From: an uncultured Candidatus Saccharibacteria bacterium
GTDB lineage: Bacteria; Patescibacteriota; WWE3; UBA101185; UBA10185
Assembly: GCA_964387275.1 (NCBI GenBank)
Contig: CAYLVW010000002.1
Location: forward strand, 63,286-127,285
Direction: 5' to 3'
Length of the DNA: 64,000 bases
Numbering within the stretch: the stretch's first letter is position 1; every line of letters begins with the position of its first letter. Shown piece by piece: positions 1-8,552 of the stretch. The position numbers and the translations under genes were made by a program. The notes below the pieces were generated by a model, which did no database searches, had not been told where the DNA came from, and saw only the letters and a list, made by a program, of their open reading frames with translations.

Positions 1-70
1 TAGGAACCAATTTATGGCCCCTATCTTCATAAAATTTAATAAATTTTCTTAATAATTGTTCGGTAGTCAT
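1..70 (-). CDS. alaS: Alanine--tRNA ligase, N-terminus (runs off the window)
   Basis: Manual translation from ATG at 70 gives MTTEQLLRKFIKFYEDRGHKLVP, the typical AlaRS N-terminus (R..F..F....GH..VP). Not in the ORF track. Confidence 0.8.
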   Translation of the reverse strand, partial: MTTEQLLRKFIKFYEDRGHKLVP

Positions 71-81
71 ATTATTGACCT

Positions 82-156
82 TGGAGGCCTGGGCGGGAAT
101 CGAACCCGCGTATACAGGTTTTGCAGACCCGTGCCTTACCACTTGGCTACCAGGCC
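82..156 (-). tRNA. tRNA-Cys (GCA), CCA encoded
   Basis: Reverse complement GGCCTGG-TAGCCAAGTGGTAAGGC-ACGGGT-CTGCAAA-ACCTG...GCGGGTTCGATTCCCGC-CCAGGCC-T-CCA: full cloverleaf, GCA anticodon, U73 discriminator. Confidence 0.97.
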
Positions 157-289
157 AAAATCAATTTAGTAACCCTTAGCGTGTTAAAAACACACTATAT
201 AGCAAAATAGTCTTTTATGCGAACACAAAGCCACGCAAGACTAATCTGCTGTTGATATTTTAACACCTGCATGTTAATTTTAAATAACG

Positions 290-1522
290 ATGGCAATTTC
301 AACTATCCAACCAAAGAATAAATCCAACAATTTTAAAAGCTTGGCTTTATATCTTGGGGCTTCTTTTGCAGTAGGAGGTCTCGTTTTTGCAATAGGTTAT
401 TTTGGCACAAGTATTCAAAATCTATTAGGCAAATCTACTCTAAAAGTAACATCACCGTACGGAAACTACGATGTCTACAATGAAGGGAAATTATTAGGCA
501 CAACCCCTATAGAATTTAAAGAATTAAAATCTGGTGAGAATAATGTGAAAATAAGTGGTGACTACTATGACGAAACAATTGACCTTGATGTAGAAACAAA
601 TTCAATGGTAATTATTGAAAAAGACTTAGGTGTTTCAAAACAGTTTTCTTCTGGCCAAGTTTTTTGGGTTGAAAAAGACAAAACAGGCACTGTAGCAAGT
701 ATAATTTCAGACCCCCAAAACGCCAAAGTTATAATTGATGGTACTGAAGTAGGAAAAACACCATATACCTCAAATAGTTTAACAGAGGGAGGGTATGACT
801 TAAGGGTTGAGTCTCCTGGTTTTGAACCACAATCAGCCAGGATAGAGGTAAAGAAGGGACTAACTGTAAAAGGCTCAATTAAACTGTTTCCAAAACCGAT
901 TACAGAAAAAGTATCATTATTTGAAGGCAGCACAAACCTATACAATGGCACCATAGATAATACTAACGTCACATCTGATATCAGAGAGTGGGTCATGGCA
1001 ATTGCATACTGGAATAAAACAAGGGGAATTGCTTTAGGAGAATCAGGTTTAAAAAAAGATGTAGCATTTAATTACTTTTTAGATGCAAATGGAAACTATT
1101 ATGATAAAGATGGTAATGAGATTACAACAAAAGAAGGTGTAGAAACTCTAAAAGGTTCTACTAAAGGACTATATGTAGCCCAAGGACAAACATCCCAAGG
1201 CATATCAGAGCCAGCCAAAGCATCCCTAAGTCTAATTGGAGGTTCTACTAATAAAATGGCTGTGATTAAACAGACACCAACAGGTTGGTTAAGAGTACGG
1301 GATTTGCCCTCACTAAACGGTGTAGAGGTAGCAAGGGTGAATGTAGGAGGTAAATATGAGGTGTTGGAAGAAAAGGAAGGCTGGACAAAAATCAAAATAA
1401 CAGAAAGCTCATCTGGATGGGTGTCCTCAGAGTACATAGACCAAGATTCGCAGTCCGAAACACCTCCAACTACAACTCCCACACCAATACCATCAGCATC
1501 TCCAACCCAATTACCTAACTAA
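290..1522 (+). CDS. Membrane-anchored PEGA-domain protein with C-terminal bacterial SH3 domain
   Basis: N-terminal TM; PEGA repeats (LGTTP, SDPQNAKVIIDG..VGKTP); SH3b signature TPTGWLRVRDLPS...GWVSSEY; P/T-rich tail. Confidence 0.85.
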   Translation: MAISTIQPKNKSNNFKSLALYLGASFAVGGLVFAIGYFGTSIQNLLGKSTLKVTSPYGNYDVYNEGKLLGTTPIEFKELKSGENNVKISGDYYDETIDLDVETNSMVIIEKDLGVSKQFSSGQVFWVEKDKTGTVASIISDPQNAKVIIDGTEVGKTPYTSNSLTEGGYDLRVESPGFEPQSARIEVKKGLTVKGSIKLFPKPITEKVSLFEGSTNLYNGTIDNTNVTSDIREWVMAIAYWNKTRGIALGESGLKKDVAFNYFLDANGNYYDKDGNEITTKEGVETLKGSTKGLYVAQGQTSQGISEPAKASLSLIGGSTNKMAVIKQTPTGWLRVRDLPSLNGVEVARVNVGGKYEVLEEKEGWTKIKITESSSGWVSSEYIDQDSQSETPPTTTPTPIPSASPTQLPN

Positions 1523-2101
1523 CAACGGGTGCCAATCTAAAACGTCCGGTCTAAGGTGTTTAATTCTAGTGACAATCTCCGTATAAGAATCTGTCATACC
1601 AAGTCTTGAATAGTAATTAGCTGTGGTAACTAGGACGCCTAAGTCATTGGGTACATAAGAAGTAAGTGCCTCCGACTTCTCGGCGAACAAATCAAGATAT
1701 TTGTAGTCAAGATTTTTAGCAGTTACAGGATGTGTAAGATCAGTAATTGTTAAATAAAAATAAACAGGAAGGGTATTTCTTAAAGTAGCAAGATTGGTTG
1801 GATTTAGTTTTATAGCTAAGTCTAAAGCATCTACTGCTGAACTTTTATAAACAGGGGACATTTCTCTATCCATAGCAGAAGCATACAATAGCAGATGCGC
1901 CCTGGTTTTGAGGTAGGAGGGTTCAAAAGGATTGAGATTTGTGGCATTTTCACTAAAACTTAACCCTAGAAGTACTTCTTTATTTTTTATCAGAGTGTCT
2001 GCCGCAAAATCAAATGAATCAGCAACAAAAAAAGTGACTCCGATTACAACCACCAGCATATAAATAGCACTTATCAATAAAAAAACTATTTTTTTAGACA
2101 T
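1511..2101 (-). CDS. Membrane-anchored TPR-like helical protein coupled to the O-antigen ligase-like gene
   Basis: Probable start MSKKIVF at 2101 overlaps the upstream stop by 8 nt; one TM; repeated AxxLNP TPR-type turns. Confidence 0.6.
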   Translation of the reverse strand: MSKKIVFLLISAIYMLVVVIGVTFFVADSFDFAADTLIKNKEVLLGLSFSENATNLNPFEPSYLKTRAHLLLYASAMDREMSPVYKSSAVDALDLAIKLNPTNLATLRNTLPVYFYLTITDLTHPVTAKNLDYKYLDLFAEKSEALTSYVPNDLGVLVTTANYYSRLGMTDSYTEIVTRIKHLRPDVLDWHPLLVR

Positions 2102-3359
2102 GCTTAATTTCCAATCTAAATGATAACCCCAAGAATACCCAATATAGTAGTTCGTTATATGTGGAGGGCCAACCAAATATGTTACAAACAAAGTAACTTA
2201 CTAATACAGCTGAGTACAATAAATGTTTTTTCTTTAAAGCAAAGTAGCCAATACATAAATATAGGATCAAGCTTACCGCCCCCTGTTCTGTAAGTATTTC
2301 CAAATAATAGTTATGAGGTTTATTTAAAATATACTCCCATTCTGATGAGTAATTTAACTCAACAGGTCTGTAGGGTTGAAACGCGTAAGGAAAGGTCTCA
2401 GGACCACTTCCAATAAGAAAAACCTTTGCACTGGATAATGCCAGTCGTATGGAGCCTTCCCACATCCCAAGCCTAATACCACCAGTATCAGAGTAGACAT
2501 AGTTAGAATCCGCATATACTCTAATAGTGGAGGTTACAAGACCACTAAAATCCTCAAATACATCCAGCATCCTACCCTTAAAATAATTAAAATTAAGTAA
2601 AGAGATTATTAAGAAAGAAACCAGTACCCCCAATATCAAATATTTTTTTATTAATACAATTTTGTAATTCATGGCGAGTAACACTAAAATACCAACCCCA
2701 AAACCGATATAACCAGAATTGGAATATGTCCTCCAAAAGCTCAAAAAGGTAAATACTAGGTATATGAAGTAAAAGAAAACCTCTCTCTTATTTTCAGAGT
2801 TTAATAAAATATACATAGAAACTATTAGCACTGTAGAAAGATACATAGACAACCAGTTAGGTTGGCCAATGGTAGAATAAATTCTTGTTATTGAAGGATC
2901 TAGTATTTGTATAAGAGAGACTAAAACAACTGGTATGGAAGAAAGCGTCAAGACACGAATAAATCTTTTGGATTCAGAGTCAGACCATGTAACAGTGTAA
3001 ATAAAAATAGGCACGTATATGAATAAGGAAACCATACCACCGTTAAATCGTGAGAAATAGCCAAAAATAGAAGTATATAAATCTTGGGAAAAGGCTGTAG
3101 ATAGTATAAAAATACTAAAATATGCAAAAACAATCTGCATCCTTTTATCAAATTGTACGGAGATTTTTTGATTTATAGCATCCCATGCAAAAGATATTAC
3201 AAACAAACCCCCGACTAAGTACAAAAAAGTTACTTTTGGAAATTCATAGGATTCGTTTGTGAAACTAGTTGTAATAAAGGGCATAACCACAACAAGTAAA
3301 TAAAACAGTAGTTTTGTTGGATTTTTCAATAAAAACTTAATTGACTGTGCTGTAATCAT
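2094..3359 (-). CDS. O-antigen ligase/Wzy_C-family polytopic membrane glycosyltransferase
   Basis: About 12 TMs; motifs STIGQPNW, TYSNSG, IRLGMW, GSGPETF, PHNYYLEILTEQG. Probable start MITAQ at 3359. Confidence 0.85.
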   Translation of the reverse strand: MITAQSIKFLLKNPTKLLFYLLVVVMPFITTSFTNESYEFPKVTFLYLVGGLFVISFAWDAINQKISVQFDKRMQIVFAYFSIFILSTAFSQDLYTSIFGYFSRFNGGMVSLFIYVPIFIYTVTWSDSESKRFIRVLTLSSIPVVLVSLIQILDPSITRIYSTIGQPNWLSMYLSTVLIVSMYILLNSENKREVFFYFIYLVFTFLSFWRTYSNSGYIGFGVGILVLLAMNYKIVLIKKYLILGVLVSFLIISLLNFNYFKGRMLDVFEDFSGLVTSTIRVYADSNYVYSDTGGIRLGMWEGSIRLALSSAKVFLIGSGPETFPYAFQPYRPVELNYSSEWEYILNKPHNYYLEILTEQGAVSLILYLCIGYFALKKKHLLYSAVLVSYFVCNIFGWPSTYNELLYWVFLGLSFRLEIKHV

Positions 3360-3387
3360 GATAGTATTATCGTAGTAGTCCTGCTCT

Positions 3388-3969
3388 ATGTTTTCAAGAA
3401 TATTAATAAAACTCATCGACCAAGCAATTGTACCTGCTGTGCTTCTAATAGCAGTTAGGGTTGTCTCTGTTCTTGCTATAGCAAACTACCTTCAACTTAA
3501 AATAACCTTAAGCGGAAGTGGGTTTAATATAACAGATCAAGCAAACGGAGCTTCTGTAACACCTGAAACATATGTAATTATTAACTCTTATTCTACTTTA
3601 TCCATAGTTATAACAATGGCGGTAATCTTATTTTTTATAATTACAAAGTCTTTGGTGCTTCATGACACACATATAAAACCTGGCCTTGCTGCCAAAATGT
3701 TCTCACTAAAACTTTCACACTTTATACAAAACTCGTTTCAAATATATTCTCAAGCACTAGTTTGGATGGCTTATCTATACATGTTAGGGGCTGTTTCTGG
3801 AGTAATGGCTCTAAATGGCACACTGTATACGTGGGTGTTTTTTGTGACACTGTCTTTAGCAATAATTTCTACTGTAGTATTTGTGATAGATGTTGAATAT
3901 GAGATTAATATGGATAAACTTGAAGTTCCCCAGTATGAAGAAGAGGAAACTCTAGTAACAATAAAATGA
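3388..3969 (+). CDS. Hypothetical 4-TM membrane protein
   Basis: 193-aa ORF with four hydrophobic segments; divergent from the ligase-like gene. Confidence 0.7.
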   Translation: MFSRILIKLIDQAIVPAVLLIAVRVVSVLAIANYLQLKITLSGSGFNITDQANGASVTPETYVIINSYSTLSIVITMAVILFFIITKSLVLHDTHIKPGLAAKMFSLKLSHFIQNSFQIYSQALVWMAYLYMLGAVSGVMALNGTLYTWVFFVTLSLAIISTVVFVIDVEYEINMDKLEVPQYEEEETLVTIK

Positions 3970-4241
3970 AAAAAATAAAGGCTATGCTTAAAATATCAAT
4001 AAACTCAATGCTGCTTCTTTTATTAAGTTCTTTTGTGGCCCTACCTGCAGTATCAATGGGAATGTTTAATATAGAGTCTTCTGCCTCAAGTGTACTATCC
4101 TCTACCAGCGCCAGAGAATCCACACCGACAATAACTGAGCAAAAACAAGTGTATGAACCAGAAGTAAAGACTCTTCAGGAAGAGCTACCTTTAATACCCA
4201 CAGCAGCGGAAACAACTGAAACATCATCAACTACAAACTAA
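3966..4241 (+). CDS. Small exported/membrane-anchored hypothetical protein
   Basis: ATGA overlap with the previous gene; signal-like N-terminus; S/T/E-rich tail. Confidence 0.6.
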   Translation: MKKIKAMLKISINSMLLLLLSSFVALPAVSMGMFNIESSASSVLSSTSARESTPTITEQKQVYEPEVKTLQEELPLIPTAAETTETSSTTN

Positions 4242-4242
4242 T

Positions 4243-5187
4243 TTATAATGTTGGGTAAAGATAAATAATACCAAGGATGGAAAGCCCCCAAAGTACTATA
4301 GATGCCAGTAGTGGGAAATCTGAGAGCAGTACCCTCTCTGGAGACTCACCTTCTTCCTTCTCATATATAACATAGAGGTACCTTGCAACACCATATATCA
4401 CAAACGGAATTGTTAACATCATCCACCTTGGGCTACTAAGAATGGAGGGTAGTATATCTTTTAACCTATCAGTGGTTGTGTCGGGAGATATCTGAAAAGC
4501 AAACAATGAGTAGGTAATAATACATAAACTTGAGGACATAGAAATCATACTGTCTAAGAGAGTGTCTGGGTAGTGACGTAGTGTTTGTCTAGTAGACCCT
4601 TCTTCAATTAATTTCATATGTTTTTTAAGAAGAGTTCTTTCGGACCGTCTTTTACCAAAAGCTAGCAATAAAGATAATCCGATAGTTGCTAAAATCAACC
4701 AAGAGGATAGAGAGGTGTTGGTGGCAAACCCACCTGCGAACACTCTCAAAACAAAACCAGACCCTACAGCTAAAGAATCAAGAATAATTACATTCCTTAA
4801 ATACAGTGAGTAAGTTAGCTGAAGTATTATATAAATCATTAAAGCAACGGTGAAGAAAGTTCCTACACTAAACATACCAAAGTACAAACTAGATAGCATA
4901 AGAACAAAAGCGACAATCCAAGCTAATTTCTCTGAAAGTTTGCCAGAAGCAATAGGTCTATTTTTCTTTACAGGGTGTAGTCTGTCTTTAGGAGCATCTA
5001 TAAGATCATTCATTATATAGGTGGCAGACGAAACAAGACAGAAAACTAAAAATGCTGTTAAAGCTTGCGAAAATACCTTTTCATCAAAAAGATTCCCAAA
5101 AAATAGAGGGGCTGCAAAAAGGGAAAAGTTTTTCAGCCATTGACGAGGCCGCACTGTCCTAATAATTTGATACAGTTTTTCAGTCAT
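4243..5187 (-). CDS. UbiA-family prenyltransferase (decaprenyl-phosphate phosphoribosyltransferase-like)
   Basis: RPRQWLKN, YIMNDLIDAPKDRLHPVKKNRPIASG, GKRRSE, GESPE motifs. Probable start MTEKL at 5187, with a TATCAT -10 box 7 nt upstream. Confidence 0.9.
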   Translation of the reverse strand: MTEKLYQIIRTVRPRQWLKNFSLFAAPLFFGNLFDEKVFSQALTAFLVFCLVSSATYIMNDLIDAPKDRLHPVKKNRPIASGKLSEKLAWIVAFVLMLSSLYFGMFSVGTFFTVALMIYIILQLTYSLYLRNVIILDSLAVGSGFVLRVFAGGFATNTSLSSWLILATIGLSLLLAFGKRRSERTLLKKHMKLIEEGSTRQTLRHYPDTLLDSMISMSSSLCIITYSLFAFQISPDTTTDRLKDILPSILSSPRWMMLTIPFVIYGVARYLYVIYEKEEGESPERVLLSDFPLLASIVLWGLSILGIIYLYPTL

Positions 5188-6973
5188 TGTTACTATGATA
5201 TGGGTTTTCTCCGGTACATGCAAATTCGTAAGACCTGTAATCCCTATGCTCACTGCGTAAATACTTTATCTGCTTTAGGTACTTAAATCTCTCCCTGCGG
5301 AAGTAAGAAAACCTTGTACCTAGTTCTGACTCCACTTCACACAGTTTTTTCATAAACAACTGATCCAATTTTATTAAATTGTTAATAGATTTGGGCAAAA
5401 CCAATTTAAAGTAACTTTCAACAGAAATACTATTGTATCTAGAGTAATAGGACCTAACCACATTAACACCGTGTGAGGTATCATCAAAATAGTCGCTTAA
5501 GTCATCGAGATACTGCCTAATAATGAGTTGTATATCAAATAGGCAGGAAAAAACATTCGATATTGCGCAACGAGAAGAAAAAATGTAGTAGATAATAAAC
5601 CTGGATGAAATAGACGCCAGCTTACCTTTACTTAATAATGCCAACATCAACTTATTTATACCTGGGGCAACAATACCTATAAATTGATACTCAAAAGTTA
5701 AAGCTTTAATACAAGACACTAAGAAACGCTGGAAACTTTTGTGAGAATATTTATCTAAAACTTTTGAAGAGTAATCTAAATATGATTTCATGTAGTCCTT
5801 ATACATCAAAGATGTCACAAATATATTTCCTTTTGATTCATCCAAAAAATTATCAAGATCCGTAAATAAAGAAAATCCAACTACATTTAACATAGCTAGT
5901 GTATCTACCATATCTTTCGGTATAGAATTTCCCACTTCCCCAGGAAATGAGTTAAACAAATAGGTCGGCTCCATAAAACTATTAACCATACCGGTAGAAA
6001 TTTCTATAGGTAGGGTAGGTTTTACGATAAATTTTTGATGGTGGTTAATAAGTATTTTGCGGCACCTATTTTCCGCGGTAATTATCGAATTTTTATGTAT
6101 TAAAAGCATTTTTGCTGCTGTATCAACTGCAAACGAACCTACATAGGTATTAACACCGCCGACACTTCTTTCTATAAACAAACTAATAGGCAACTCCCCA
6201 CATGCGACAAAATTAGGATCACGCCGTAAATTATTCAGTGTGTTGCTATACAAGGGTGTAAATCTCTTAAGAAACTGTAAAGATAATAATAAATATGTGG
6301 TTTCAGTTTTATCTAAATTGGCTTTATTACTCAAGGCATTCTCAATTATGCTAAACAGCTTCGAATTACTTTTGTTGGTCAAAACTTCTGAAACTCTCGA
6401 TAGTAAAAAAACCTTAAAACTTAGGTTGCTATAGTACTTTGACTCTAAAGAACCGTTTTGAACTAACCTATTTAAAAATTTAATTAACCCCTCTGGGTAC
6501 AACTTACTCTTGATCAAAGTGTATAAAATGTTAGCGTTAACAAAAAGATCTGGATCTTCTTGGTTTTTGGTAATCCAAGTGTGATAAGGACCTCCAAACT
6601 CTATTGAATTTTTTAACAACAATTCTATGTAATCCCAACGTCTATTATTTAATAAATCAAGCCCATATATTCCGACAAAAGTGTCATCTAAATCATCTGG
6701 ATAAATAGGGTTTTCAAAATGGTAATTCAGGGTTAGTTTATGCTTGATATAAGTTTGAGTGATCTTATGTTTAAGTTTCTTGTACAAGGCGCTGTCTTCA
6801 AACCCAGAATCTCTTAGGAGCATTAATACTAAGTAATTAATAAAAGCATTTGAAGTTACCTCAGCACCAAAATTCACACGCATACTGATGGATTCAAATA
6901 CACCAGAAGAATTAGCTTTGGTAGAAAGTAAATTATATAACTCAGTTAACAATCGGTTGTCTGTGTACATCAA
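5180..6973 (-). CDS. Fusion of a class II terpene-cyclase-like (beta) domain and a class I isoprenyl-diphosphate-synthase/ComQ-like (alpha) domain
   Basis: N-half: YPDDLDDTF (DxDD acid motif), GGPYHTWI, DLFVNANIL, SKYY...FLLSR, GSFAVDTA. C-half: FTDLDNFLDE (FARM-like) and RQYLDDLSDYFDD (SARM-like). ATG at 6970. Confidence 0.75.
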   Translation of the reverse strand: MMYTDNRLLTELYNLLSTKANSSGVFESISMRVNFGAEVTSNAFINYLVLMLLRDSGFEDSALYKKLKHKITQTYIKHKLTLNYHFENPIYPDDLDDTFVGIYGLDLLNNRRWDYIELLLKNSIEFGGPYHTWITKNQEDPDLFVNANILYTLIKSKLYPEGLIKFLNRLVQNGSLESKYYSNLSFKVFLLSRVSEVLTNKSNSKLFSIIENALSNKANLDKTETTYLLLSLQFLKRFTPLYSNTLNNLRRDPNFVACGELPISLFIERSVGGVNTYVGSFAVDTAAKMLLIHKNSIITAENRCRKILINHHQKFIVKPTLPIEISTGMVNSFMEPTYLFNSFPGEVGNSIPKDMVDTLAMLNVVGFSLFTDLDNFLDESKGNIFVTSLMYKDYMKSYLDYSSKVLDKYSHKSFQRFLVSCIKALTFEYQFIGIVAPGINKLMLALLSKGKLASISSRFIIYYIFSSRCAISNVFSCLFDIQLIIRQYLDDLSDYFDDTSHGVNVVRSYYSRYNSISVESYFKLVLPKSINNLIKLDQLFMKKLCEVESELGTRFSYFRRERFKYLKQIKYLRSEHRDYRSYEFACTGENPYHSNND

Positions 6974-8243
6974 GTGGAAAGTTCAGTTTAAATTTAGTTC
7001 CCCATGCTCCAGATTCATATGTAATGTCACCGTGAAAATGCTTTTGCATTATTTCTCTACATACAGAAAGCCCAAGGCCTGTACCGCCTACCGCAAGCTT
7101 GGTGGAATAGAATAAGTCAAAAACCCTGTCCCCGATCTCAGAACTTATCCCACAACCATTATCATAAACTTCAATTATTAATAAATCTTTAATACAGACA
7201 AACGAAACCTTAATAATGTTTTGACTCTGAGTAGATAACTTAAAGGAGTCTATAGAATTACTGAGTAGATTTTTCACTAACTGAAAAAACTTTACTGAAT
7301 TTCCATAAAGCTTTGGTGTAAATGTGGCATCAACTAGTACAGTTACCTTATTAGCCTTTATCTGATTCTTTAGAATAACAAGCACATTATCTACCTCAAC
7401 CATAGGAGCAAATAACTCGCTGCTGTCAATACAAGATACCTGTTTTCTAGCTGAATCTAGAAAATTTCTTAACTTACCCATATACTCAATGGTCGTAGAA
7501 ATGTCTTGATGTACAGATAGGTCGAGGTTTTTAGTTCGCAAGGCATTTGTGGATAAATTTTCTAAGCTCAAACTTACAGAAGTAAGTAAGTTAGATAGAT
7601 CGTGAAACAAACCTGAAGTATTTTTACCAACTTCAACCAGATTATTTATCTTGTTTATTTGTTCTGCTTTTAAGTACCTAACCTCTTCAGATTTTTTAGC
7701 CACAAGGTTCTCCAACATCTTATTTTGCTCTATCAAAAAATCTTGGAACTCTTTAGATCTTAGATATAAAGAATTTATTTTTCTTCTTGAATACCAGGAC
7801 AAAGAAGCTATAAATATTAATAATAAACCCACTACCAAAGCATCGCCAATATCAAACTTATCCTGTAACCACGAGCTATCATATAAAAGAATTCCATTAA
7901 ATTGGAGGTAGGAAATAAGACTAAGATAAATCCCAGTTAGGAGCGTTAAAACAAAAGATGCAGATATATCAAAAAGGATACTGGTTAGGGTTATTGTTAA
8001 CAGAAACAGTAGAGTACTTAGTGGAAGTAAAGACCCCCATTTCGCTGCAACCAAACTGGAAGTGATAAATAAAACTAATATAAGAAAACTCTTAACAAAT
8101 TTAAGATAACCCAGTTGCCCCAAAACATACATACAAATAAAAACTAAGGTAAATAATAAGTTGGTATTGGGATCTATACCTCGGAAGTCATAACTATTAA
8201 ATATTTGGTTATAAAGAGTGGAAATATAACAAAACGAGGACAA
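6942..8243 (-). CDS. Membrane sensor histidine kinase (5-6 TM input, HisKA + HATPase)
   Basis: H box FHDLSNLL, N box NLLSNSID, G1 DNGCGI, F box FYSTK, G2 GTGLGL. The frame stays open upstream to 8348, so the true start is uncertain. Confidence 0.92.
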   Translation of the reverse strand: MSSFCYISTLYNQIFNSYDFRGIDPNTNLLFTLVFICMYVLGQLGYLKFVKSFLILVLFITSSLVAAKWGSLLPLSTLLFLLTITLTSILFDISASFVLTLLTGIYLSLISYLQFNGILLYDSSWLQDKFDIGDALVVGLLLIFIASLSWYSRRKINSLYLRSKEFQDFLIEQNKMLENLVAKKSEEVRYLKAEQINKINNLVEVGKNTSGLFHDLSNLLTSVSLSLENLSTNALRTKNLDLSVHQDISTTIEYMGKLRNFLDSARKQVSCIDSSELFAPMVEVDNVLVILKNQIKANKVTVLVDATFTPKLYGNSVKFFQLVKNLLSNSIDSFKLSTQSQNIIKVSFVCIKDLLIIEVYDNGCGISSEIGDRVFDLFYSTKLAVGGTGLGLSVCREIMQKHFHGDITYESGAWGTKFKLNFPLDVHRQPIVN

Positions 8244-8361
8244 TATTATGAGACATACTAAAGATGCATTTAATATAATTTTCTTGAATTTTTCAATAGA
8301 GTCTATCTTTCTATCAAATTCTTGTATAAACTCCAGATATTTTTTTTTTTATTTTTTGTTT

Positions 8362-8390
8362 GGGGGGGGGGCTGCGTAGCCCCCCCCCCC
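8362..8390. other. Very stable G10/C11 homopolymer hairpin between the peptide gene and the kinase
   Basis: GGGGGGGGGG-CT-GCGT-AG-CCCCCCCCCCC, next to T11 and T6 runs at 8340-8357. Confidence 0.7.
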
Positions 8391-8405
8391 TACAACCCTA
8401 AATCA

Positions 8406-8510
8406 CTAATCTTGCCAAGGCACTCCCACACCTGTTACTAAACTCTTAACAACACCCTTAGCACCCCCAACACTACCTGAATTAAGATATTTACTAAGCA
8501 ACTCATGCAT
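8406..8510 (-). CDS. Unannotated 34-aa putative signalling-peptide precursor (ComX-like, Trp at -3)
   Basis: MHELLSKYLNSGSVGGAKGVVKSLVTGVGVPWQD, ending in tandem stops TAG-TGA, preceded by GGAGGT and followed by a strong hairpin. Lies between the regulator and kinase genes. Confidence 0.6.
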   Translation of the reverse strand: MHELLSKYLNSGSVGGAKGVVKSLVTGVGVPWQD

Positions 8511-8552
8511 ATACCTCCAGTATCTAGTGCTACTCGCCGCGTAATAGCTAAA

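Noticed and set aside
8244-8510. Peptide ORF is in the same frame as the kinase, suggesting a readthrough fusion
   Set aside because: Three stops (TAG, TGA, TAA) and the hairpin intervene; the shared frame is a one-in-three coincidence.
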